Below are positions 49,430 through 62,112 of a stretch of 64,000 bases of DNA, piece by piece; within the stretch, counting starts at the first letter, position 1; each line of letters starts with the position of its first letter. The DNA lies in the NCBI GenBank assembly GCA_030141605.1, contig JAQGDQ010001049.1, forward strand, positions 1-64,000. The letters are read 5' to 3'. The notes beneath the pieces were generated by a model. It was not told the origin of the DNA and did no database searches. It saw nothing but the letters and a program-made list of their open reading frames with translations. The position numbers and the translations under genes were made by a program. Origin of the DNA: Tubiluchus corallicola. Taxonomy: Eukaryota; Animalia; Priapulida.

Positions 49430-52400
49430 TTGGCATGTAGTTCATTAGTAGGACAAGTCAGCAAAAATATTGATCAAGAAACCATTCTCAATGATTTTCT
49501 GTAGATTCCGTGACTAAAAAATTATTCTGACGTTCACTTTATAACCCAAGTCATTTATTGATGCGTATCTCGCGCTTTCGTCAATTTTTGCAGTGGATTA
49601 GCGTTTTGAAATAGATGTTTTTATTTAAATGTTTCCTGTAAATACAGCCATTATATAATATTAAATATTATATTTAACAGCTTTGAGTTAACCATACTAA
49701 CAGTATTAGTGGTCTTTTCTAAGCTAACTAGGGATGTGTTAAAAAGTTCGTCTGGGCCTGCACATATACTGTATTTACAGGAGACATAGTAATAAAAACA
49801 ATGTCTTAAATAATTTTGCTTAATTAAGATGATAGAACGAAGATTTATTAATTAGCTACAGAAAAGCGCAAACTCGTTAACTGAAGTGCATGTCAAAGTC
49901 AAACAAAGGGCAATCTTGACCATCTGTTTATTACAGTATCGTCAGAACATTTGCTTTCTGTGAAATCTAGTACGAAATCGTTATGGATTATATGCCAGTA
50001 TTTTTGCTAGCAAATCGTTACAATGAAATACATACCAGACTAGAATAATCTCCATTTAAAAAATCACTTCTTTGCCAATAACAAAACTAAAACACAACTC
50101 AGTTTGTTTTTGGCTTATATATATCAGGCTTTTCCCAATTGACATCAACAGAACGTTGTTAAGGTAGTTCTATCAAATTTTGAAGTGACAAAGACTAAGT
50201 TTGTTTGGAATTCCGATATTTGCGACCGCATATCAAAGCAATTGTCTGGTGAGTTTTTGTCAAATGAATAACTGACGGTTTATTCTTGCGTTTATATGGG
50301 GACCCAGTTAGTGTCTGCTAATGTCGAACTCAAAAACGTCCTTGCCACTGCTGCAGTTTAGAAGAAGCTAGGGAAACTTAAATTTATAACAGCTACTACT
50401 TGGCAAGCAAGTCGCTAGAGTGTCCTAGTAGGTTTTTTGCAATTTTGCAATTTTTGGAAACTAATTTTTAGAAGCTAACAGATCGAACTAAGAAAAACAA
50501 GAATTATTGATGAAGAAGAGCGACTTTATAGTATGAAATAACTGGCGTATTTAAGTTTTTTTTGCTTCTGTTATTTACGCCAAATTTGTTATAACTGTGG
50601 TTTTAGCTCTCATTTGGGTGTAGCTTACTGATTTTGGGTTGCATTTTGCAAGAAACTATGACGGAGCTGACACTGATTGATGAATATAATTGCTTTAATA
50701 TTGATTATTATGACGGTTTGATTTCTAGCTACATTTCTATGCTATAAACAAGTGCAATACTGCTGTTGGTTATGTTATGCCTCTGATTGTAAGTTAATTA
50801 ATGGTTTGTATTTAGCAGGCGAATGTTGGGACATTTTTGAAATCGGAGCGGTTTCCCAGTTGCTACGGACTTACTGCGGGTTAATCGGGTTAATGAGCTA
50901 TTATGACTGATGCCGATTTATTTAATACGCATTTACTATAGCATATTAGTTTTGAAAGTTTTGACGCACGTCTTAATTAGTTGAACATTATTTAAACTTA
51001 GTAATGCAGAGTAATAAAACTCTACATATTGCTAGTATATAATAGTCATTGTGCAGGTGCAACATGGTTTAATTGCATCTCTAATTCTGTGGCACATTTT
51101 CAAAATGGTAAAATGATTGTGAAAGTTGTTCTAATTACAGAAGAAAATTTACGCGTTACGATTGCTAACTGGCAGGTGGCAGCAGCAGCTATTCATTGGT
51201 GTGTAATTCGGGAAACGTTTATTGTATCACATTTCAAGATGAAGGATCTTCTTGATGTGAAAACGAGATGGTAACTGGTAAGACAAGTCCATTGTCAAGA
51301 GAAATATATGACTTGCTGAAAGTGAAGAGAAATTTTATCAAATTTTTCAAATGCACAATTTTCAGACACGCGGAATTGAACTTGAAATTGTGCTTATTAA
51401 CAAGCATAATTTTAGATAACAATTACAAAAACCATTTCGGTGTAACGTACTATGCTTGATGTTCGAATTAAATTAGTCCAGCTAAGAAAGTTTGTGGGAT
51501 GAACAGTAATTAATTAGCAAATTGCAGATTTCTAATACCTAGAATTTTAGATACTGTGTTAATGCTAATTGGCAATATGAATACACGTACTTGGTACATG
51601 GAATAACGTTTTTTTAATAAACAAGACAGTAAGTTTGGACCACTTCTAGAATAGATGTGATACTGCTGAAAGTTGGAGCAGACATTCGATCATTTTTGCT
51701 AGCTTGGCCTTTCTTGAAAAAGAGCTAAAGGTAATATTTATAGTTGGGGCTGATGGGTGATAATTTAAGATAATGATTTTATCTTGGTACTCAATTTAGT
51801 GGAGAAGAGGAGAGGGTAGGAGTATTAAAGGAATATTAAAAGAAACGTAAATCGTAATAACAAAGAATTGTATAACTAGCTGGAGCAAACTTTGCATATA
51901 AAGGTGCCATCGTATATTTTTCTAGTCGGAAATGAGACACGGGGGGAGGTTCCTTTAATATGTATTATATTATACGAATGAAATAACGAAAATAATGGAA
52001 ATAATCCTCAATGATTTTGTATTATATTGCACGTAATGAAAAATAATTCTGACGCTCATTTTACAGCTGTCGTTTTGCAACTTGCTCCATTAGATATTTT
52101 TATACCACTTTATTGTGAGATATTGCTTAAATATAATTATTTAAGGTAGTTTTGTATCTTATACATTTCAATACTTCAATAGTTTGAAGTTGTTTTAAAT
52201 GCCTCCTGTAAAAACATTTTTAACAGCTCTTGAATTAACATTGATAATGGTTTTTGTTCCAAACTAACGTCGTTAAAGTGTGCTTAACTTTGACATACTG
52301 TACTGACGTATGCATGGGCCTACCTATGTGCTAACAGTGACCGGTAATATGGCCTACCTATGTGCTAAGAGTGACCGGTAATAAAGTCACGGAAAGAGTC

Positions 52401-55400
52401 GAAATTAATTTATGGTGGCGTGAAAGAAAGTCGATGAATCAATCAAAAATATGTATGTGAAAAAAAATCACGTTTTCTTAGTATCAGATTATGGTAAGAG
52501 ATTATGGCTATTTCTTTTCTAACTGTGACTTTTTTCATACGACTTTTTCTTGTGACATCTTTTACCTGTGACTTCATTACCTGGATTAGTACTATATTAT
52601 TTCAAAAAGATTAGTGACGTTCACCAGTATTGCACAAGAGCAGCTAGCAAACAAAACTATTTTCAGGAAAGATTTAACACAACAAAAGGTCTACAAACTT
52701 TAAAACATAATGGTACAATTCTATGGAATACTCTTTCAGATGATCTTAAGCAATCAACTAGTGTCTGTCACTTAAGTAAATTATATAAATGTCAACTCTT
52801 GCAGACTTATTACTGAGATAATTACATATAAGCGTACAGTATTTTGCAACAACTTTTATTCCTTTTGCCCTCTAATAAATTGTCTAACTGCGTGCAAGAG
52901 CAGTTACTGTTATAGCAAGATCAATTAACTTCCATATTTAATTGTTTATTGTCTAACTTCTGTAGATCATTTTCAACGTCTGGACTCCAATTGTCAATCT
53001 CCTCATGCAGTCATACAGGTAATTTTTAGTGCTTTAATTATCTGCCTATTCATTTTACATCAGATCATCAAAAATCGCTCTGTATTTTTTTACATTATGC
53101 TTGTGTTATAAAGTAAATTTCAGTTGCCATTGTTATTATGTTTCTGATGCCAGATTTTTATTTCAGTTCTTGTTTCAGTCCTTATTTCAGTTATCTTCAG
53201 TTTGATTTTTTTATTATTATTATGATGCGCTTATTATTACTGTGTATGAATTGTACTAACACGTTATAAGCATATCATTATCAATTTTATGTCATTCGTA
53301 TCAATTTAGTTTTTATTATAAGCAGTACTAACACTAATGCACTGTAGCATAGCGCCTATAAAAATGTTCATTATTATTATTATTATTATTATTATTAAAC
53401 TACTGTACGTACAGGGAGCGCTACAAAAACATATAAAGAAAAGTACAAGCTATAAAACTTGCAAGTCAAAAAATGCGACATTACTGTACATTTCATTGTT
53501 TACTGTAAATCGTTAGTTTGTCTTCTGAACGATCTAAACAAACATTGTGAATTATCTCACTATTTTTGTTGGCTAAGGGTTAAAAATGAAATGCGTATCA
53601 GATGGAAGTTGCTCATGCACGTACCTGGTAAGTGCTATAGCCAAAAAATATTGCTGGTCGCTTTAAAAACGGACTTCTATTGCAAGGGACAAAATCTGAA
53701 TTAATTACAAATTTCCCCATTGATAATATGAATTTCAGGGTGAAGTTAGTCCTATACTTCGAAGATACCGGTACGATATTAGTTTCAGATTCAAATATTT
53801 CAGTATTTGTCCTGTTTGTTTCTATTACTTGGACTGATAAATAATGCTGAGTAACAAATTTGTGCATATCGTTAGTACATAATAGTAAATGTGTAGAAAA
53901 TACGTAATTAGTATATAATGGTCATTGTGCATATACATGACATCGAATCGAATCAATACTGTGAAATGTGTTCTATTTCTTTCAGCGAAAGTTGCTCATT
54001 TACAGAAGGATGTTACGAACTTACGATTTATTATCTGTCAAGTGGCAGCAGCAGTTGTTCATTGGTGTGTAATTTGAGAACAGATTCTTTAATTGCATCG
54101 GTAATTTACTCTTATTTACAGAAGGAAATGTACGTGTTACGATGTCAGGTGGCAGCAGTAGTTGTTCATTGTTGTGTAATTTCAGAACACATTCTTTAAG
54201 TGCATTGTAATTTTGTAGTAAATTTTCAAAATGGTAAAATGATAGTGAAAGTTGTTCTACTTCCTTCAGTGAAAATTGTTCTATTTACAGAAGAAAATTC
54301 ATATGTTACGATTTTGTGTCTGGCAGGTGGCAGCAGTTATTCATTAACTTTAGACGTCAGAAAATTTCTTGTCACATTTCAAGCTAAAGGAATCAATGTG
54401 AAAATGAGGAGAACACGTGACCTACTCAAAGTGAAGAGGAATTCCTGACTAGGGCTGGGTAATCTATAGAACAAACGTGATACACTTTTTGTATCACTTG
54501 CGCTAAGTTTATGAAATGTAGTATAAATGCTAATGGCAAAAGATTCTACAACTATTAGGAGTAGGCCTTAATTTTGTACATAAAGTTGCCAGCACAAGTT
54601 TTTCTATTAGCAGAATGAAATAGCTTGAAAATATTGAACATATTCTCCGATGATTTTGTATTAGATTGTACACAAGGAAAATGATTCTGACGGTTTACAA
54701 CTGAATTTTCATGACTTAACTCCATTAAACATTTTTCATGCTGCTTTATTGTGGTAATTGCTTTAATGATTAAACATACTTATGTAAGCTAGTTTGTGTG
54801 TTGAATATTGTAATAATTTGAATATATAGTTGTTTTCATTTAAATGTTTCCTGTAAATACAGCATAAAATATAACAGCTTCTGAATTAACCTTGCTAATC
54901 GTTACAGTTACAAACTAATATTAAAGTGTGCTTTACACTGACATAAGCCATGTGTTAACCCGCTGTATTTACAGAAGACATAGCAATAAAAACAATTTTT
55001 GAAAAACTTGATCAAGGATTAGTAAAAATTAAAGGAAATGTACTAAAAATTAAAGGGAAAAGGGCTAACTTAATGTTAATTGACGAACAAGTCAAAATGA
55101 AAGTAATGAGACCTCGGGTACGTCTTGACTGTTCAATGTAGATCGTCATGATATTTGATTTCTGCATAATCTAATACAAAATCATTGTGAATTATATCTG
55201 ATTATTATTGCTAGGTAACCGTTACGATGAAATACAGGTAATTCTTGTAGCTAAGAAGGTATTACAGGTGCAAAGTTTTAAAAACCCACTTCTGTTGCAA
55301 AACAAGAATTTAATATGGGTTCACTCTCCGATTGACTAGTGAAGTTTGTATTACCAAACTTTGAGGAGAACTGCGCTAAATTTGCATCAGGTTCAAATAT

Positions 55401-55440
55401 TTTACACATCAAAACAACATGACCAATTCTAGTCAAAGCT
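49430..55440. repeat. Three degenerate head-to-tail copies of a composite unit (palindromic module plus GGTGGCAGCA module)
   Basis: Anchor (a/g)atgatttt..t.....attctgacg at ~49490, ~52010 and ~54650; ctgtatttacag at ~49770, ~53403 (degenerate) and ~54963; ttttcaaaatggtaaaatgat at ~51097 and ~54223. Confidence 0.8.
52585..53396 (+). mobile_element. L2/CR1-like LINE 3' end with (ATT)n tail
   Basis: YYFKKISDVHQYCTR...G.ILWNTLSDDLKQSTSV..LYKCQLL* is a typical ORF2 C-terminus; the element ends gcgcctataaaaatgttc(att)n. Confidence 0.75.
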
Positions 55441-55459
55441 TAGGCCAGACTGAATAAGC

Positions 55460-55800
55460 CTTTTCACAGTTTTGTTGTGCGCAAGCGCAGTTGCTGTAGC
55501 TCAAAGGCAACAGCAAAGTGTCTTGGCTACAACTGTCACGTGACATATGGGTAAAGCAAAGCCCAGTTCAATAACTTCAGTTGTTTTACGTGGACTTTAC
55601 TTAATTTTGCATTAGTCTGTGCGAGATCCTGATTGAGAACAAGAAAAAATGAACTAGGTAAGGAAATAAGCTAGTATTCGTCCCTTAATTATTGCATTAT
55701 TACAATTGCATGGGACGCGAGGCGTTGTAATGTTTACACAAATGCGCTGTATGGTAACCTTTCACTTTCTCACGACCATCATCAATACTGTGAACTGTGA
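55460..55800 (+). repeat. Dispersed repeat, copy of 16720-17105
   Basis: Same colinear blocks as 16720-17105. Confidence 0.85.
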
Positions 55801-56979
55801 AAAGGCTCATTAACTAAGAAACAAAACAACGATTGCAAAATAGGATGGGTTTATCGTTCGATTTCTGCTTTGGATTTCTGTCATCATTAAATACAGTTGC
55901 AGGTGCATTTTCAAAATGAGAGTGAAATTGTTGCATTTACAGCTTGAGGAAGGATGTTCAGCTAAGGTGATTGACAGAACTATATCTAAAAAGAAAAACA
56001 ATTGTTGTTTTTATTCATTCAATTGTTGATTTATTCATGACTGAATTTTTCACATGAATAGGCTGTAGTTGATTTATTCAAACTTGAACTTATTATTTGG
56101 TTTTTCTCATTGATAGCAGTATGTGTTGAAACACTTACTTTCTGCTGCATCTGCTACGTAATGTCTGTAATAAAGCTTTATGCAACTGTGTCTAAATCAC
56201 TGAATACACTTTGATCTTGTCATTGGGTGGTGATGCTTCAGTCTTTATTCTGCTGGTGGATGGCTCTAGTACAGGGCTCATGTCTGGTGCTCTTGTAGTC
56301 TCAGGAGGGTTAATCTATCTTGTCTCTTTGTTTGGCCAATCTGTCTTCAGCGGTCGCCCCTTTTCACGACCTGCGATCAAACTCCTCAAGTAGCAGAGTA
56401 ACATCGTGTTGTTTGTAAGTCTCAATCGTAACTCGAGGGGGCCTTTGTAGAAAACTTACACTTAAGGTTTAAGAAAGAGCTAGCAATTACGCTCTGTCAT
56501 AGTTGGTTATTGCGGGACTGGTGCATAGCTAACTAAAATTTTATTTAAGTGAGACATTGAGCCACCAAAGGCTATTGCTTTCATATTGTCACATTAATCG
56601 ATGATGTAGTGAAATTAACTGATACAGTATTATTGTTATAAACAGCAACTAAAAACAATTGTGCTAGCAGATTTGTAATAAACTTCGAACAAATGTATTT
56701 TTGCACAGCATTTTAAATTCCCTTCCCACTTCTCGAACATGTACAATTACACCCAATGTGCAACATTTTTGATTGGTCTGTTCAGCTTTTGTAATGATAT
56801 GTAGGATTTTTAAACTGCCTTGTCCACTAATGTGCAACATTTTTGATTGGCCTGTCCAGCTTTTGTAATGAAATGTATCATTTTTGAGCTGCTCTGTTCA
56901 GTTAGCCTACGTGTGAGCCTGTCTGATGTTAATATAAGCATTGTTGTTTTATTTATTTGTCCGTCTGCTATGAAGAAAT

Positions 56980-57530
56980 ACAAATGGCCTTATTATGAAA
57001 TATTATACGCCAGTATGGTGTGCCCAACTATGAGAGATAATGAGAGATATCGACATTATTGAAAATGTGCAAAGGTATTTCACTAGAAGATTGTATGCCA
57101 TGTGTGGATTTACTGCTAACATAATAATTTTAGCTCTGGATTTGTTGTCATTGGAAGAGAGAACTCGTTATGATCTAAAAATACTCTACAAAATTATTCG
57201 TAAGGAAAATGACTTGGACAGAAATAAATTTTTACCCATACTCATAAAATTTCTAGGGGTCATTGCGTAAATCAAACGTTGTGTAAATCGATCTGTATCG
57301 ATCGATCTTAAATACTGCCTCCAGTAAATTATTTAGTCGAAGATGAATGAAAATTGATTTTTCAGCACATTTGTATATTTGCAGATGTATGTAAGTAGTA
57401 ATTTTACTCTGTCTTTCTCGTATCCATTTTAACCTGTTTATTATTGTACATATTTTATTGTTTTATGCATTTGAATTCTGTTTTAAATTTTATTGCATGT
57501 TTGGCTACTTTGATAAATAAATAAATAAAA
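56980..57530 (+). mobile_element. CR1-like LINE 3' relic with (AAAT)n tail
   Basis: Frameshifted ILYASMVCP../DIDIIENVQRYFTRRL...LLSLEERTRYDLKILYKII; aataaataaataaa tail at ~57513. Confidence 0.75.
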
Positions 57531-58277
57531 AATGTCATACGTTATAATCTGTAATCGTAAATGATGCGAGTTGCATTTGAAGTGAAATTGAGACTGCTCA
57601 ATTGGGGCACTCGAACATTTTCCTCTACAAATATTCAATCTGATATGCAGATTGTTTAATAACCACTCCTAGGTTTGTTGCCGTACTGAATGCGTTTTTC
57701 TGCTTTTCTCGTTTCTTATAAATAGTCAGTTAAACGATTTTTCTGTCCTTGCAAATTGAAATTATTTGCCACCTGTTTTAATAATAAAATATAGATTAAA
57801 AGCACTTATCTTCGTGTGTGCTTGCTTTAGTTGTACGTAATTATTTATTCACATTTCATTAGTAGCCTTGGAATTTTTGCGTGCTCGTTTTGTCTGTAGA
57901 TATAGATGCTCCATTGTTTAGTGTCACTGTATAGTACACTGTACAAAAATTATCAGCGTTTTACATGCTTAGTTTCCCATTGTACTCTGTAGATATGTGA
58001 GTGCATTTTAACGAATTTTGAAATTCTACCATTTCACGAGATTTAATGTAGTTTCGCTGTAGTCTACAGATACTTCGCGAAAACGATGTTTTGTTTCGTC
58101 ACTTCGTTGATTTTGTAGGTACGTGTTTGCATTAGTAATATTGCATTAGTGATTTTGTAATAGCCCAATGCCCCAAAATAAACACCATCTTATTATCTCA
58201 TCTGATATAGAGCATTACTGATTATTATACATATGTAGGTAATTTTGTCCGTGCTCATCATCTTAGTATTTTCCGTA

Positions 58278-59516
58278 AAGTGGCGTTTATGTAGCATGCG
58301 ATACGGATGCATTTTAGGGGTGCGGAATAGATAAAACGGGTATCTGTCCATTTCACGTTTTTGATTGTAATGTTGATATTTTGGATGCTTCATTGTAAAT
58401 AAATCAATAAATCATTAAATTATGCCACATTCTTACTATTGTAAATGCGTGTTGTAAATAAACCATTTTCATTTATGTGAGTAAACAAATCTGTATTGTT
58501 CCTTGAACTTTACATTCTCTTATTACCGTAAATGATCACCGATTTCATAGAGAATTAATAGAGATTACTCTTATTACAAAAATATATTAGCTTTCGATGC
58601 ATTCGGGATACCGTTGGTCAATAACAATTATAGCAACAAGAGCACTATAATGACAACAATAAGCACAACCGTCGCCGCCGGCAAGGACGACAACAGCATA
58701 CCTGCATTAATTTGAAGCCTATTAGCCAGTAGGTAAGGCAGTATCGCTGTAACATCGTGTAAATCAGCAGCTGTTTGTCACCTTTATATTAGACGTCATT
58801 CTGTAAGCCATAGACCTTGTCTCCTTTTATTCTACTCTCATTGTTGATGGAATTCACAAACTTCTCCAGAAAATCCTGTTAACATTAACAACAACGACAG
58901 TGATGTAAGGTAAGATATAAGAACAATTATTTCACACATGCAAATCAAAAAAATATGTTCAACGCTGACAATAATAGTTGCCTCAGTGTGAGGGTAGTTT
59001 CATGAGTATAAGCATTCTCGATGAAGCTACACCGTAAGGTGTATGAATTATAACAGTGGCGCTTGATGCGTCATACAAAATTGAATGTAATTGAAGAAAC
59101 AGGTTAAAAGAAAATTAAAATTAATTTATTAGCAATGTTGTAGTAGTGAATATACCGTATAATGCAAAAAAGAAAGAGATATTACAAATTATGCTAGATA
59201 GAAATAGTTAACTGCAGCTGTAAACTGAGAGCATTACGAAAAAATTGAGCCAATTTAAGGGTGAAAAATAAATTCGTATTTGTGTAATACTCTGTTTTGA
59301 TTAGAAAACGTGACACACGTTTTTTGCAGGACTCTGATAAATGCTGTAAACAGCATCAACAAATTTAACACTAGATTCAACACTAGCTGCAGAAAAAATA
59401 ACGCATAAGGCCGGTCTGATAAACTGGTACATTGAAAACAATATAAACCGACTTTGTCTATTCCGCATCCGCACAACGCATATACGTATCCGGATGCCAG
59501 GTAAACACCACTTAAA
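58278..59516. repeat. Pair of ~70-bp degenerate inverted repeats ~1.1 kb apart (probable TIR element remnant)
   Basis: aagtggcgtttatgtagcatgcgatacg...tgcggaatagataaaacgg versus ccgactttgtctattccgca...cgtatccggatgccaggtaaacaccactt. Confidence 0.65.
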
Positions 59517-60432
59517 ATGTAAATATTTTTTACCATAAATATGTAATTTTACTGTACTAATCAAATGTTCATCCTTTTAACTGCACTTTTAATTTATTTG
59601 CACGTATTTGATTGTTTATATTGTATTAACCATGTACCATGCATTCTGTATTTTATAGCTGTAAATTTACTTTTAATACATTGTCGATGTTTTAATGGAT
59701 ATATATATATATATATATACATATTATATATATTATATATATAAAAGTTTCTTGACTTCTGTTCATAGATGTATTATAAATAAAAATAAAAAAAACGAAA
59801 ATCAAACAAGTGAGGAACTTCAGCACCTTATTCGCAGATGGTACACGTCCGAGCGACAGACTTGGTATAACAACACGTTACTTTTTCCCTGAAATACTGC
59901 ACGCACATGTCTTACCTCTCTGAAGATATTTCCATGGCTGTGAAATCTTAAGTCGCACATTCTTTGACGTTAGTAAGCCGCACGCATCACTCTTATTCGA
60001 CTTTACGAGATTCGAAAAGCAGACGGACAAAGCTAATGTGTATCGAATTTTTGGCTATGAAAATTATCCAATATATATCCGTCTCGTTATGGGCGCATGA
60101 ATACGTAATGCGCACTGCGCTTTGTAATGTTTAACCAGCGCATGCTAGCTGCCACAATAATGTTATTTACAAATGTCCACGCATTAAGCAGTGATTAGTC
60201 GTGGCTCATGCGAAGTAATAAAGCCTTAATACGGTTACAAATATAAGTAACATTGAGGAAGCCGACGTGATATTCATTAATTAATTACATTTCCTTTGAT
60301 TTTAATTTGTGTCGCAGGGCGAGACGATTAACAATAGCTTGGACATCCATGGTGTAATAGATTTCCGCCGTAAAAATTAGGGATGGCTGCAAAGAAATGG
60401 CTTTTTTATCAATATGATTATAATTATTATTA

Positions 60433-60512
60433 ACAAACAAACAAACAAACAAACAAACAAACAAACAAACAAACAAACAAACAAACAAACAAACAAACAA
60501 ACAAACAAACAA
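60433..60512. repeat. (AAAC)n microsatellite
   Basis: Directly visible. Confidence 0.98.
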
Positions 60513-61746
60513 TATTTGATCATACTTCCATTTTTTTCAGTATAATCTGCATAGATATGCTGGCTTCGTTGTCAGGTTAGCTGTTTGGCTTGACGGGTGT
60601 TCTTTCTCTCACGACCCACAATCATTTGTGAACGTAAAATAATAGAAAGTTGACGATTGATTTGCATGCTGTCAATGATGTTGTCACAACTTTCGACTAT
60701 CTGTCAACTTTTTCAATTTTCACTGGATAATCTTTAGTACTAATAGAGTGTCAAGAGGTAGCTGATAGAGTGAACCTGTCAAGAGGTAGCTGATAGAGTG
60801 AACCTGTCAGGAAGTTGCTGAATATTTAGCAATTTTTGTGTCAAATCATATTATGTAATAAATTTTGTATAAAATTTTAATGTTATTTATAGGCGATGAA
60901 ATTGTTATGCTTTGAAACCAAACGTATCCAAAAAAGGGGAACTATTAAAAAGTCGAAATTAAGCATGCTTACGGACCAGGGACTTTTCGGATATGAGAAC
61001 TTTTCGCATTTCTTTCCTTTGTGCAATGTTTGATTTCACATCTCAATAATTGGGTATGTTTGGTCATCACATGTCATTTTGATTAAAGTTGTTAGCAGTG
61101 CCCATCTATTTCCTATCATTAATGTACAAGAAACAGTTTTCTTTAAGAAAGATGCAAGTCATAGAGTAGGCATAGACATTTATTCTCTAAAATAGTCTGG
61201 TAACCAGTTTTTACCTATATCAGTTGAAAGAGTGGACCTTGGTGCTTACTGCCTGGGTGGCAGTACTAATTTTCAGGTGGGCCATGTGAGTGGTACGGGA
61301 CCATTTGTGGGAATGCAAATTTGTGCATGGCAAGCAAGAGGCTGTTTCGTATTGCATCCATGTAGGCATTGAACATTTACTTTGACTATTGTTATTCTAC
61401 AGATCATTGTGTTCATTTGCTTAGTAGTAGAAAAAAATTTAATGGCCCATCATGGCGTACTGCTGTAAAGCTGTCCCATCTCAGAATAGCACAAAACTTG
61501 TTTACTAAAACCCTGTTTATTTTTCTAGTTTATAGGTAAAAACTGGTCACCAAACTAAGCGAGAAACCAATTTTTTGAGCCTTTGACTCCCGGTCTGTAA
61601 TGTCTATAATACAAATACAGTAGAGCAGATGGTTATTTATTTCTTCCATTATTGCAACGGTTTTCTATACACGATTTAACAAAATAAAACATTACATTTA
61701 TATTTTTCAGTTAAAAAGCTTTGCAACTCACGGCAATCACTTATGT

Positions 61747-62065
61747 GAGAGACGGAACCAAATCATCATGTGACCCGGGACGCTGTGACCCATTGTTGAC
61801 TTAGTCCTGCGGCCACTGAAGCTGCTATTCGTTTTCTTGTTGAATTATTAAGCATAGAAACTAACATTTGTTTCGATAATGCCAACTGTTTTCTTATTTT
61901 AATTACGCACAAGAGCGCTTAAATGCTGTTAATTGACATTTTTTGAAGAGAAATACATGTTTCTTGTATGTTGATAATGCAACCTGGGTCATCGGTTGTC
62001 TCAGGCAAAAATCTGCAAAAAGTTGACCTATTGACCCAATGACCTGGGACTCGTTTCCATCTCTG
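61747..62065. mobile_element. hAT-like MITE in the 3' UTR region of gene C
   Basis: Ends gagagacggaacc / gtttccatctctg with multiple TGACCC/GGGTCA subterminal motifs; no clean TSD. Confidence 0.5.
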
Positions 62066-62112
62066 ACAGTCGTAAGAACAAAAGAGCACGCTGGTGTTAT
62101 ACAAAGCTGTTG

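Noticed and set aside
60741-60809. Short local duplications (28 bp here; 32 bp at ~52318; ~43 bp at 56755/56829; ~44958-45150)
   Set aside because: Ordinary slippage-type tandem duplications with no further structure.
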